A DNA stretch of 64,000 nt, taken from contig CDRNVI010000190.1 in the NCBI GenBank assembly GCA_977017575.1, positions 62,001 through 126,000 on the forward strand, given 5' to 3'. Below are positions 1 through 11,900 of the stretch, piece after piece. How positions within the stretch are numbered: position 1 is the stretch's first letter; every line of letters starts with the position of its first letter. Made by a program: the position numbers and the translations under genes. This stretch comes from Paramoeba atlantica (taxonomy: Eukaryota > Protista > Discosea). The notes below the pieces were generated by a model that was given only the letters and a program-made list of their open reading frames with translations, did not search any database and was not told where the DNA came from.

Positions 1-98
1 ATGATATTCCAAAACTGTTTAAGTTTCGATTCTCCAAACTCACCACTCATTTTTTCCAATTTCGAGAGTGATAAATCCTCCAATTCTTCGATCATCAT
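1..98 (-). CDS. 5' end of a hypothetical protein running off the left edge
   Basis: ATG at 98 opens MMIEELEDLSLSKLEKMSGEFGESKLKQFWNI... with no stop before position 1. Too short to identify. Confidence 0.3.
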   Translation of the reverse strand, partial: MMIEELEDLSLSKLEKMSGEFGESKLKQFWNI

Positions 99-149
99 TA
101 TGAATACACAAAACAAAATAAAAAATCCTTTTTCTCCCTGATAAAAAAT

Positions 150-2155
150 CTATTTAGAAATAGGAGGAGTATATTTCCACACCCTCATCGTCTTATCAGC
201 AGAACCACTCAAAATGAGACCACTCGGCATCGCAAACATAGCTGTCACCCCATCCAAATGTCCCAAGAATTTGCACACAATTTTTCCGGTCTCTAATCCC
301 CACATAACAATCGACGAATCATAAGAAGCACTAACAATATACAAATTTTTGGAGATAGCAACTTGTGTGATGGCCTCTTTGTGTCCATTCAGAGCTGCAA
401 GGAACTTCGGGACCCCTGTTGGGCCATTCGGTGTTTCAGAGACCACAACTTTCCAAATTCGAAGAGATGTATCTGATGAACCACTCACAAAACATCCTTG
501 TGTCCCTGTTCCAATCTTTTTTGTCAGAGATTTATGGGGGGAAAATGGGATTTAAATAAAAACAAAAATAAACCAGGAATTAAAGCAATTGAATTCACAG
601 GGCCAGTGTGCCCACTCAAAGTTGCCAAACAGGCGTCAGAGGTCAAATCCCAAAATCGAACTGTTTGATCAGAGCTTCCACTCATCAGATAGTTGCTGTT
701 TTCATGAAGCTCCATGCAATTTACTGTATCAGTATGTCCCTTTAATGTCGAGATACACTCGATCGCGTCTTCATCTTTCGTCACTCGGCAAACGAGAATT
801 TGTCCGCCTGATGTACCACACAAGATTCGCTTGTCAGCATTAACCATCACACATTTAAGTCCGTCTGAACAACGAAGAGTTCCATAACAATCCACTTCTA
901 TTTTATTTTATTTTGATCGCTTATTAATGATTGAAAAAAGAAAGCGAAAATAAAAGCGAACTCTTGGGAGAAGGGGAAAGAAAGAAAAGAAAGAAAATTG
1001 TAAAAAAAAAAAAAAGATACCAACACCCCCTTTCCGCAGCTCAACAATCTTCCAGACCTTCATAGTTTTATCCAGGGAAACAGACACAATCCGAGAAGGT
1101 GCTAACTCTGCAGCACCTGTCACTGGGCCAGTATGACCACACATTGTCGCAATACACTGTCCACCACTCGCATCATCAATCTCCCACATGATTTCCCATA
1201 ATCGAATTGTCTTGTCTGTAGAAGTTGAAACGACTTCTCCTGTGGAAAGAGATGTGATACTTAAGATGGCGTCTGTGTGAGCGTCAAATGTGTCAGCGGA
1301 ATAGCAGAGACAACAAGCTCGAACTGGGAAGTTGTGGTTCAAGATTGCTGGAAATGGAACTTCTTTATTTGGAGGACAACAATCATTACAAAATATTCTT
1401 CCACAAAGACGGCAGTGATGCTGTTGTTCTTCGATGGTGAGTGATCCATTCTTGATCAATCAAAAAGAAGAAGAAAAAAACTTACCCGTCGAACAACAAC
1501 AGAGAAATTAGTGTGACAATGAAAACAAGATTGATGAGCATCATCATCTGCCCATTCTAAGCCCCTCATTTTGAGATTTTGAATATCCCTTGCTCTTAAT
1601 GATGCATCTCCTCCTCCCACTCGAGATTTAGGTGCTTCTTCAACCACTTCAAACTCCGCTATTAGTGTTTGTTTGAAATGATCGAAAGGAATAAAAAGAA
1701 AAAAAGAAAGAAAAAAAAAAGAAGAGAAAAAAAGAAAAAAAAAGAGTTGGGAGAAAAGTGGGTACCATTCGGCATGGGGGAAGGAGAGCGATTTGAAGAA
1801 GAGGAAGAGGAAGAGGAAGAGGAAGAGGAAGAACAAGAAGGGGCCGCGAGAGAATCAGAACCACCAAACCATCGAGAAATCGAAGCTTCAATTTGTTGTT
1901 CTTTTGATTTTGATTGCTTCTTTTCGACAATTGACACTCTCACTGGCTATTGTTTTTTTTTTTTCCTTTCAGTTTCTTTTTCTCTGTTTGTTTGATCTTT
2001 TTGTCTGGTGGTGTTGTTTTTTCATCACCCACTGTTTCTCTTCTTGGAATACTTTTTTCTTTTTCGGTAGAATTGAATAAAAAAACCTGAGATTTCCTCT
2101 TTGATTCTTTGTCTTCCTCCTTTGAGTCATCGATCTCGACATCAACGATAGACAT
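150..2155 (-). CDS. FYVE-domain + WD40-repeat protein (multi-exon)
   Basis: ATG at 2155; intron 2086-1947. Splicing intron 1485-1421 restores the FYVE signature WADDD..C..C..RRHHCRLCG..C..CC..VRAC. Several GH..WD-type repeats follow (GHTDTVNCM..VRFWD, GHKEAITQV..VMWG). Stop at 150. Confidence 0.85.
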
Positions 2156-2445
2156 GATCCCGAACTCAAAAAAAACAAAACAAACAAAAAAAGGCCACAA
2201 AAACGAAAAGGAAAAAATCCACGTCATCTTCAAAAAAAAGCCGCAAAAACCGACAACACAAAAAAAATATTTTCCCTGTCATCTTTTTTTTCGAACACCC
2301 GAAAAATCGAAAAAATCGCTTCTTTTTCTTGCTTGCCTTTTAGTTTTTTGTTCGCCTTCTCTCTCCTTCTCTTTCTCTTTCGTTCTTCTTTATCTCCACT
2401 CCTCTCTTTAGATCGTTGTTCGTCATCAAAAAAAAACCTCAAAAC

Positions 2446-3867
2446 ATGGCTGACCAAGAACTTGATTTTACTTTTGTGCCTCATGACCCCACAGATACGA
2501 AATGGTACGAAAACAGAGAGTTGGGACAACCAGACGACCCTTACAACAAAAATTGCAAGAACATCCCAAAAGAGAATCCCCTCTATGCTGAGTACATCAG
2601 CATTGGCCAACAACTTTGTGACCAACTCGAAACAGATATCCTGACGAATGAAGATGAGGGGTGGATTTTCATGTCTGAATCTGATGGCGTCACTGTACAT
2701 AAGAAGGAGAACGAAGGGAGTTCAATTTTGACGTTCAAAGGATCGACAGTCATCCCCTCAACCCCTGAGATGATCCGCCTTTGGCTCATTCAGGTTTCTT
2801 TCTCTCCTTTTTTTTAAATTTCTCTTGAGAACAATTCTTTAAAAAAATCGTAAGACTTCAAAGTTCATTGAACTAATTGGAAAGCTTTGTAGACTGATCA
2901 GAGAATTTATTGGGATCCCACATTTGTTCAAGGGACGTATGAATTGGAGGCTGAGGTGCATGCTCGAGTTGCTTCTTATCTTTATTCTGCCCCATGGCCA
3001 GTCAGTTATCGCGACTTTGTGGTTGTTGCTTCTGAAGCAATCCGAGATAATGGATTGTTTATTGCCGGAGCCCATTCAGTCGAACATGAAGATTTCCCAG
3101 CTACTGAGCATGTTCGTGGAACCATTTACTCAAGTGGATTTGTGATCAAACCTCTTCCAACAACCGAAGAAGGCATTCCTCAATGTCAAGTCTGGTAAAA
3201 AAAAAATCTTTTCTTATCAAAGATAAGGAAAAAAAGATTGAAAGAAAACTGATTCCGTCTCACCAAAAAAATTGAATAGGTACACAGGAACAATCGATCC
3301 AGCTGGATGGATTCCAGTTTCAGTCTCCAATATTGTAAACAGTTCCCAACCAATGAATCTTGCGAAACTCCGAGATCTCATTGTAAATGTTTCTGCATTG
3401 ATTCGTGATGTTTTGACCGATCTTTTTGCACTTGAAGACGGTAAAATGACTTCCTCAGAAATCAAACAAATTTTTGAAATGAATCTTGAGAAACATGGTA
3501 AAAAATTCGTTCTCTTCTTAGCTTCCGATCTCTCTTCTTTTCCACTCTTTTTTTTTTTTAACGAACTTTTCTGATAAAGGGCTGAATGAGCATCCTGATA
3601 TTTTGTATGATGCTATGAAGAATTTTTTCTTACAAAAGGTTTTTTCCTTTTTTTCTTTTCTCTTTTTGGGTGTAAAAGTGTGTTTTTGATCCTCTGTTTG
3701 AAAAGCGAATTGGTCCAACAAATGAAGAACTCTTGTCTGCAATGGAAAAAGAAGGAAAGAAAAAAACGATGACTAAGTTGTTCAAAGCATTTGGCCAGTA
3801 CATTCGGACAATTCGTGGTGGAAAAGAATTGATTTCGATTGCAGAAAAATACTTTAATTCTCAATGA
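2446..3867 (+). CDS. START (StAR-related lipid transfer) domain protein with helical C-terminal extension
   Basis: Spliced exons give GW..SESDGVTVHKK, RIYWD, YSAPWPVSYRDFVV, VRGTIYSSGFVIKP and DPAGWIP, all START motifs. Stop TGA ends at 3867. Confidence 0.85.
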
Positions 3868-4093
3868 GAACAAACTATCTTTCTCTGGTCAGAGACCTCT
3901 CGATTGCCTCAAAAATTTCTTTTCTTCCCTCAAAATTGAATGAAAGTCTGTGTGATGATTAAATAAATGTTTCGAACAAGACAATCAAATCGCCCTTTTG
4001 ATAACAAAATAGATGATTCTTTTCTTTTATATTTTACAAAAAAAAAACACAACTTTCCTTGGAAAAAACTGCTTCCTCCACAGCAGGTGACAA

Positions 4094-5101
4094 TTACATC
4101 CCAAGCAAGGTGAGGAGTTTTGTTTGCCGTTTTGCTTGCGCTTCCTCTATCAAAGATACCAACTCCATTCTCCCCTTTTCCACATCATCAACTCGCACCC
4201 CATCTTCAACATTTAATTCATTCTTTTTTTTGTGAGATATCTTTGTCATTGTTCGGCTCTTCTTGTCCAACAATGTGAGCAACTCGTTATATATTGTAAT
4301 TTCCCCATCCAACTCAGAAGTGAGAAACTCTTTTTCGTGGATCCCAAGGTCGTCCTCTGAACTTAAAGGTTTATCACTCTTTTGATATTCAATTTTCAGA
4401 GACTTTTTGCCAAGAGAACACTTCTTTTTAAAGATGCTGAAAGAACGACACAAGAGAGAGAAATCATCGACCACGTTCGTTTGACGAATTGGAAAGACAT
4501 GGGTTTGGATAAATTGACTATCAAGCTTGTGGAGGTACCATCGATGATCGGGCTGCCAATGAATCATCGGAACGAAAGGGGATTGTGCTAAATGGAGACA
4601 CTCTTCTTCGCTGCTTGGTCTGCTGTTAGTCCCTTCGATTTTTGTTGCCCTCGCTTTCAAATAGTCATTTAAAGAAGGAAAACATTGGAAAAGCTTCTCT
4701 TCCGTTGCATTGAAACAGTTCTTCGAAACTGCACACTTCTCCTTCCTCGATTTCCAAATTGCAAGAGCTCGATCAACAGGTTCTCGAATGGTCATTAACA
4801 CAGGCCGGTATCGAATATCGAGCATCGAAGGAGCACAACGATAGAAATCAGATTTGAAATGGAAAATTGGAGAAAGGGCACTCACCAAATGGTTTCCCCC
4901 TGTCTCATCAACATGAACCACAACAAACTCAGACAAAGGAACCTCATCTTTTCTGGGACTCCTTACACATGTATCGTCAGGAAAGTCTGTTTTCAGATCG
5001 CTTTTCCCAAATGAGAAAGAATTCGTTGTTTCATTCAAATTGGCCAACGGAAACCCCACAGAAAAGAGAGTTGTCAAAACCAACACCCTCCTCAAATCCA
5101 T
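4094..5101 (-). CDS. Secreted sulfotransferase-family-2-like protein with degenerate PAPS motifs
   Basis: Intronless 335 aa ORF with a signal-peptide-like N-terminus. HVDETGGNH and TIREPVDRALAIW resemble HIPKTGGTS and RDPxxRxxSxY. Paralogue at 13382-14539. Confidence 0.65.
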   Translation of the reverse strand: MDLRRVLVLTTLFSVGFPLANLNETTNSFSFGKSDLKTDFPDDTCVRSPRKDEVPLSEFVVVHVDETGGNHLVSALSPIFHFKSDFYRCAPSMLDIRYRPVLMTIREPVDRALAIWKSRKEKCAVSKNCFNATEEKLFQCFPSLNDYLKARATKIEGTNSRPSSEEECLHLAQSPFVPMIHWQPDHRWYLHKLDSQFIQTHVFPIRQTNVVDDFSLLCRSFSIFKKKCSLGKKSLKIEYQKSDKPLSSEDDLGIHEKEFLTSELDGEITIYNELLTLLDKKSRTMTKISHKKKNELNVEDGVRVDDVEKGRMELVSLIEEAQAKRQTKLLTLLGM

Positions 5102-5669
5102 TCACACACAAAAATGAAGAGGAAAACGTAAAAAAGACAACGAAAACAACAACAACAAAAAAACAAAACTAGCCTTTTCTGCACACAAAAAAAAAATATC
5201 AAAAGTTGTTCTGAGGTGAGAGTGTTGGGGGGAGGGTGGTTTGGTGCTCCTCTCCAACAAAGAAACTACAAACTTCAAAATCACTTCAAAATCAAATCAA
5301 AAAGAAGAAAACAGATTGAGTGAGTGTGGATGGGATTTCTTCTGAGACAGGCGGTTGTCTAATAATGTGATTGGCTGAATTTTTGATTTCAACTGCCTTT
5401 CCCCAACACAAATTCTGTATCCTTCGTTTCTTATTCCTTTCTGTCTTTTTTTTTTCTTTTGGAAAGGGTATTTTCTTTTGGATGGAAGAAGAATTGAAAA
5501 ATGGGAATGGGTCTTCATCAGGAAGACCAGAAACCTTTCTGTTTTTTTTTTTTTTTAAACACACTCTTTCTTTTTTCAAATTCTACACGGTGTTGATTCA
5601 ATCAAGTTTTTTTCAGAATAAAGAAATTGACGACAAGACAAATTTCTTCTCTCCCTTTCTCTCCTTTGT

Positions 5670-5957
5670 TTAGTGAGTGATCGGTTTCAACGGATCAGCA
5701 CAAATTCGACTTAAATCGAGTTTGGAATCGGCATCTTCGTCAAGCTCTCCCAGAACAGCAATATTATCTCCTCGAACCAAATACAATCCAAGGGGAACTT
5801 TCTGTGTCCCAGAACGATCATACACTCTTTCGTGACAGTCAACCAAGATCACATTGGTCATTTGATCAACTCCTTGGAGAACTCCCACCACATTTCGTCC
5901 GTCGTTGGTTAAAACCGAAACTGGTTGTTCCACCAAATCCTCTAAGAGAGAGGTCAT
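5670..5957 (-). CDS. LSM8: U6 snRNA-associated Sm-like protein LSm8
   Basis: 95 aa MTSLLEDLVEQPVSVLTNDGRNVVGVLQGVDQMTNVIL..LGLYLVRGDNIAVLGELDE, the characteristic LSm8 sequence. Confidence 0.93.
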   Translation of the reverse strand: MTSLLEDLVEQPVSVLTNDGRNVVGVLQGVDQMTNVILVDCHERVYDRSGTQKVPLGLYLVRGDNIAVLGELDEDADSKLDLSRICADPLKPITH

Positions 5958-6251
5958 TTTTTTGGTCTTATTCTCTCTTGAAAAAAAGTTTTCGCTTTTG
6001 CACAAACAAAAAGAGAGAAAGAAGAACTCTCTAAAAATCGGCAGACAAAAAACAACTTCGCTTGTGGAGTTTGAACGAAGAGAAAAAAAAACCACCAAGA
6101 AAGTAACTTGGAAGCTTAAAATAATCTTATCGGATTTTTCATCAGATTCTCATACTTCCCGATTTTTTTTTTCGCTCCTTTTTTTTTGTTTTTTTCTTTC
6201 TCTTGTTCGTTTTCTTTTTCTTCTTTGTATTTCACATACACAAGGGGGAGG
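5958..6251. promoter_or_regulatory. Putative bidirectional promoter between LSM8 and PRP40
   Basis: About 294 bp between divergent ATGs. Inferred from geometry only; no motif identified. Confidence 0.4.
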
Positions 6252-8498
6252 ATGTTACCTGCAGGGAGAGGTCGTTCGATGACTGTACCAGCCTGGATGA
6301 CAGGTGATGGTGCATCTTCAAGTCAACCTCCACCACAACAACAACAACAAAAACAATGGCAACAAGAACCCAATGTGACCGTTCCTCCTCGTGGTCGTGG
6401 TGCCAATTCCGTTGCTGTTCAACAACGACCCACCGCCTCTGCTGCTGCGGCGAGTTCAGGTGGATTGCTTGAGACTCCTTCTTCCTCTTCTTCTTCTACT
6501 CCCACCTCCTCTTCTTCAGCAAGTTCTTCTGTTTGGACAGAACATGCTACTCCAGAAGGAAGAAAATATTGGTTTAACACAAAGACCCAGGAATCGACTT
6601 GGGAGAAGCCAGAAGACTTAAAGAGTGCTCTTGAAAAGAAGGTGAGCTCTTGTCCTTGGAAAGAATATACTTCAGATAATGGAAAGCCATACTACTACAA
6701 CTCTATTACCAAAGAATCGTCCTGGACAATTCCTAAAGAGCTCAAAGATGTAAGAGAACTGGAAAACGCAGGAAAACCAGCCACAACACCCTCCCCTGCT
6801 GCTGTAACAGCTTCAACACAACAAACGATTACAAATGGAGCTGGGTCTTCTTCTTCTTCTTCACAAGTTGCACCCGCAGCAGCGAAACAAGCACCAACTG
6901 AATCAAAAAAACCATCAACATCGACAACAACAGTAACAGAAGGAGTTCGCAAGTTTTCTCGAAAGAAATACGCATCCAAAGACGAAGCTATTCAAGCGTT
7001 CCATGAAATGTTAGAAGAACGTGACGTTTCACCTGACTTCCATTGGAACGATGTTGTCAAACACGTGATGGACGATCCTCGATATTCTGCCTTATCAACA
7101 CAGAAACAGAAGAAAGCTGCGTTTTCAGAATGGGCTGATCGAACTCGAAAAAGAAGACGAGAAGAGCGTTTGAAGCGAGATAAAAAACTGAGAGACGATT
7201 TTTGTGATTTACTTGCAGAAAAACTGGAATCTGGAGATATCGATACTCTCTTTAAGTGGAAGAAAGCGATCCCTATCTTGGAGGATGACCCACGATATCA
7301 AGCTTTGATTGAAGTTGAACGAGAAGATTATTTTGAACATTACCTGTATGAAGAAACCAGGAGACAAAAAGACAAAGCGAAAGAAAATGCGAAAGAAAAT
7401 ATGGAGGTTTTGCGACAAGAGATGATGGATGATCAAGAAATTACGAGTACGTCTCAATGGAGGAAAATCTCTCCTTTCTACAAGGAGAAATCCAAAGCTT
7501 TTCAAAGCTTATGCTCTGATGATCGTTTAAAAATTTTCCAAGATGTGATTCGAGAGAGAGAGCGAGTTGAAGATGAGGAACGCCAGAAAAAGAAAGAAGA
7601 GGAGAATCGTCTTGCACGAAAGGCTCGAGCAACTTTTCGAACTCTTTTGGAGGAAGAATACAAAGCAGAAGAATTTACAGCTTCAACTCGATTCTCAGAT
7701 TTTCTTCCCAAAATCGAAAAAGAATCTGCTTATACAGAACTCCTTCCTCTTCCCGGAAGTACCCCTCGAGAACTTTTTTATGATTATGTAGAAGAACTCT
7801 CTTCCTATCTCCGCGAGAAACGTAAGAAGATTGAAGAAATTTTAGATTATAAGAAAGAATCGATGCAATTGGATGGTACTTTCGAAGATTTCCAAGAACT
7901 TTTAGAAAAGGTTCAGAAATCGAACGAAGAAATGGAACAAGGTGAAGAAAATGATGGGAGAGAAGAAGAGTTAGCGAAAATTGTCCAAAGTTTACCTCCA
8001 TTTGAGCTCAAGGAAATATTTTCTGCGGTAAGTGATCTCTTTTTACTCTTTTTCCCCCCCTTTCTAATTCGAGAAAAGGATTTCTCGTTTTTTTAATACT
8101 TTTTTTTTTTTCCACCACCATTTTTTTTATTATGTACAAAATTGTTCTTTTTGAACTTTTTTTTTGAACACTCTCTCTTTTTCAAGATGAAGGAGAAGCT
8201 CGAACATAAAGAGAAACATAAACAAAAGAAACGAAAGAGAATCATTGAAAGCTACAAGGATCTCTTACGAAGTTCTCGTGTCTCGTTGGGACCAAATGAA
8301 ACGTGGGAGACCGCGAAACAGAAGCTTGAAGGGCACAAAGCTTATGACTCTCTTCCAGAAGAGGATCTCAAGCAACAACTCTTTGACGAGTACATGCAAA
8401 AGATTGAAGATAAGAAGAGAAAAAGGCAAAAGGACGATTCTGATTCTGAACGTGAGTCTGACTCGAAACGGAGAAAGAAGGATGAGGGAGAAGAGTAA
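6252..8498 (+). CDS. PRP40: Pre-mRNA processing factor 40 (2 WW + FF domains)
   Basis: Tandem WW domains (WTEHATPEGRKYWFNTKTQESTWEKP; WKEYTSDNGKPYYYNSITKESSWTIP) followed by FF repeats. One intron with a GTAAGT donor at 8028. Confidence 0.92.
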
Positions 8499-8668
8499 TA
8501 AATAAAATATTTTTTGCCATCACCCATCATCCATCGACTCCAAACCAAAAAAATCCAATTTTTGTGTTCGTTCATCCATAAGATAAATAATAATAAACCA
8601 TCCAGCCTTTTTCAAAGACAAGAGAAAGGAAAAATCTTTTTTTTCCCTCTCAAATCCTCCAAACAGAT

Positions 8669-10573
8669 TTAGTGTCCCAGATTATAAATCTTCATGGCTT
8701 CGAGTAAAACTTCTTGTTTTCCTTGATCAACCAGAAATTGTCCACGATTTCGGAGATCTTCTGTAAAAGGGCGGAGTCTTTGAGTTGGGACCCAGAATGA
8801 ATTGGTTTCAGGAAACCCAACGGGGCAGACGAGAATTATTTCGTGTTCAAGAAAACCTGGGGGTCGAGGTATCTGGCGACTGAGGACTGCGACTGCAGGA
8901 AATGAAACGTTTCATGTGAGTTCAAAAATGGAAGAAGAAAAGAAAAGAAAAAAGAATTCTTACCAAATTCAAGTGGTAACAAAAAAACTGGCCAAAAAAT
9001 TTCAGCATCATCCATTTCAACCCAAAAGAGTTTCTCATTCCCAAAGTATTCGTCAGGCGGGGGTGGGTGGACAACAAGAGGGAGAGGAAGATTGGCCCCT
9101 GGTGTCGGAACCACTGGAGATGGTGTTGGAGCTGGAGGTGATGGTGTTGGTGGTGGTGGTGTAGCTTTTTTAGGCGTCACTTTTTCTTTTACTTGAAGGT
9201 CTTCGTCTTTTTCATTGATTCTTCCCATTCGAATGACTAACTTTTCAGATTGGACTTCAGCATGTCGACGGATTGGAATAAATTTCATTCTCTTTGTTAA
9301 GTCTGGCTTTGGTTTTAATGCGATCGCACCTTCATTTGTACTGAGGAGTTCAGAAAGTTCATCATCAGACTTTGGCGGCTGAGAAGAATCCGCAGACATT
9401 TCGTTTTGGGGTTCAGATTTTTTATCCCTGATAATATCGCTCGTCGCTCGAACAAACTGCTGTCTTTCATATTTTGTACAAAGTTCAGCGCCTGGCATAT
9501 CTTGAATTAACTTTGCAATAGCTGGGTAACTAAAACCAAACATTTCTGGGCCACTCAATTGGGTGTTGATTCGACGACCAAGAATTCCTTCTTTTAGAGC
9601 AGAAACTCTCTTTCCGATTTCTGCCCAGGCACCAGAAGGTGTTGCGTGAATAATTGGAGTATCTGGATCTTCATCTGATGTAACAATGAATCGTACGTCT
9701 CCATTGTGTTCGACAATCTCATTTGTATAGAGGCAACGAACGTCGGGGTGGTCCATGCTGTGCACAGATAAAAGTAATTAAAAATTTGAGCTTAAACAGA
9801 GTTTAAAAAGAAATTTAAAAAACAAAACAAAGACAAAAATCTTGAGATGAAAAAGAAAGAAAAACTTTCCTCTCTGAAAAGAGCGAAGGGGTATGGAGAA
9901 GGAAAAAACAGACAAGAAAAAAAAAGAAAAAAAACCTGTAGTATGGTCGTTCACTTTTAAATCCAACAGGCCAAATATATCTTTTGGCATGAAAGTTTGG
10001 ATTGGCATGGTTAACTTTCCCCAAACAGAGAATTTTCAGACCTTTTAATGTGATTGGTAAAATAACTTCCCCTGATTCATCGACTGGCAATCGTGTATAC
10101 TCTTTAATCAACTTTGGAACATTCCTCTTTCTCTTCTTCTTTTCGCCTTGTTGGGGAGGTTCAGAAGGAGAATCAGAAGAGCTATTTTCTGCTGGGCGTT
10201 TTCTTGAACTTGCAGGAGTGGGGAAGGGCTTTCTTCGAGAACAAGCAAGGTTCCAATCTTTGCAATCAGCAGAAAGACCACTGTCCTGAATTTCGCAAAT
10301 TTGGATCTCACCAACAATTGGGATCGTATCTTCAAGCCCTGCGACAACGAAAGAACTCACTCTTTTTCTTTGCTTGCTGGCACAAAACCCATATTCTGAA
10401 GATTGTTGATCATCATTCAATAGAATCACACTCCTTCGAGAACTTGATCTTGTTTTCGGTCGACTTGAGGATGAAATTGCTTCATCCATTTCTCTTTCAT
10501 TGAAGAAGTCGCCATAAGAAGTTGTGTTTTTCGCACGCCGTTCTCGTCTTGGTCTTTGTCTCCCTGATTTCAT
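8669..10573 (-). CDS. FYRN/FYRC + C-terminal PWWP-like chromatin protein
   Basis: FYRN (LPITLKGLKILCLG..IWPVGFKSERPY) and FYRC (CLYTNEI..TPSGAW..SGPEMFGF..IQDMPGAELC). Spliced C-terminus LFWVEMDDAEIFWP|VAVL..ILVCPVG..SFWVPTQRLRPF resembles a PWWP barrel. Stop at 8669. Confidence 0.75.
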
Positions 10574-10930
10574 GGTTTGGAGAGAAAAAAAAACCACACA
10601 AAAAAAAGAAAGAAACAAAGATGAGAGAGAAAGAGAAAGTGAAAAAGAAAAAAGAGAGCCAAAAAATTAAACGCACGAAAAAAAGCGAAAAAAAAAAACA
10701 CGAAAAAAAAAAACTTTGGGGAATTTCCTCAAAAAGTGTTTTGAGTTTTGATTCGTCCCATAAAAAGTAGCAGTCAGTGGTGGCACAAATAAAATGACAT
10801 CGTGAAAAAAGAGATTGGGTTTTGGGAACCTTTGTTTGGTTTATTTGGAAAAAGAACTTTACAACAATGAGGGTGGAAGACGCAAGACTCCCATCACACC
10901 GAATCAGCGAGCGAGTGGAAAAAATGTAAT

Positions 10931-11555
10931 TTAGGGCTTAGAGTGGACCATCATTTTGACGAACTCATCATAGTTGATTTGACCATCACCGTCAACATCT
11001 GCTTCTCGGATCATCTCATCGACCTCTTCGTCAGTCAACTTCTCTCCCAAGTTGGTCATAACGTGTCTCAACTCAGCAGCAGAAATGTAACCGTTTCCGT
11101 CTTTGTCGAAAACCTTGAAAGCTTCCTTAATCTCTTCTTCGCTTTCATTGTCCTTCATTTTCTTTGCCATCATGGCCAAAAACTCGGGGAAATCAATTGT
11201 TCCACTTCCGTCAGCATCAACTTCGTTGATCATCTCACGAAGCTCAGCCTCAGTTGGGTTTTGTCCAAGAGATCGCATGACAGTACCAAGCTCCTTTGTA
11301 GTGATGTTACCATCTCCATCTTTGTCGAACAAGGAGAAAGCTTCCTTGAATTCACCGACTTGTTCCTCAGACAGATGATCAACCTTTTGTTTTTGCCAGA
11401 GAGTCAACAAAACAGTAATAACTCAATCAAAAAAAAGGAAAAAACAAACAAAGAAAAAAACACCAACACAACAGAGAAAAAGAAAAAGAAAAAGAGAGAC
11501 ACAAAGATCCTCTCATTCAAAGAGAGGAAGAAGAAAAGGAGAAATCTCAAACCAT
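10931..11555 (-). CDS. CaM: Calmodulin
   Basis: ATG-only exon 11555-11553, intron 11552-11384, exon 11383-10931. Four canonical EF hands and LGEKLT. Confidence 0.97.
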
Positions 11556-11900
11556 GTTTGTGTTTTTTGGTGTGTGGGTGTGTGTTTTGCAAGAAAAAGT
11601 CGTTCCCCGTTGATCGCTCACGTCACCAAAAAGTCCATAATGGGGCTGTTTTGGATTGGCCAATTGTGGTGCTTTTTTTCGCTTTTCAAAAAAAACTTCA
11701 ACGGTCTTTTCGATTTTTTTTTGGTGGTTTTGAATTTTTTGATTTTTGTTCTTTTTTCGTATTTAAAAAATTATGATGTCGAAAAGATGAAAGTCGTTCT
11801 TTTTTTTTTGTTTTTCTTTTTTTTTTTGTTTTTTTCTTTTTGTCGGTTCGGCAAAACACAAAAGAAAAAACCAACCTCCCCTTCTCTCCCCTTCTCATTG

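Noticed and set aside
10943-11776. 277-aa plus-strand ORF
   Set aside because: Antisense shadow of calmodulin extended by low-complexity intron sequence.
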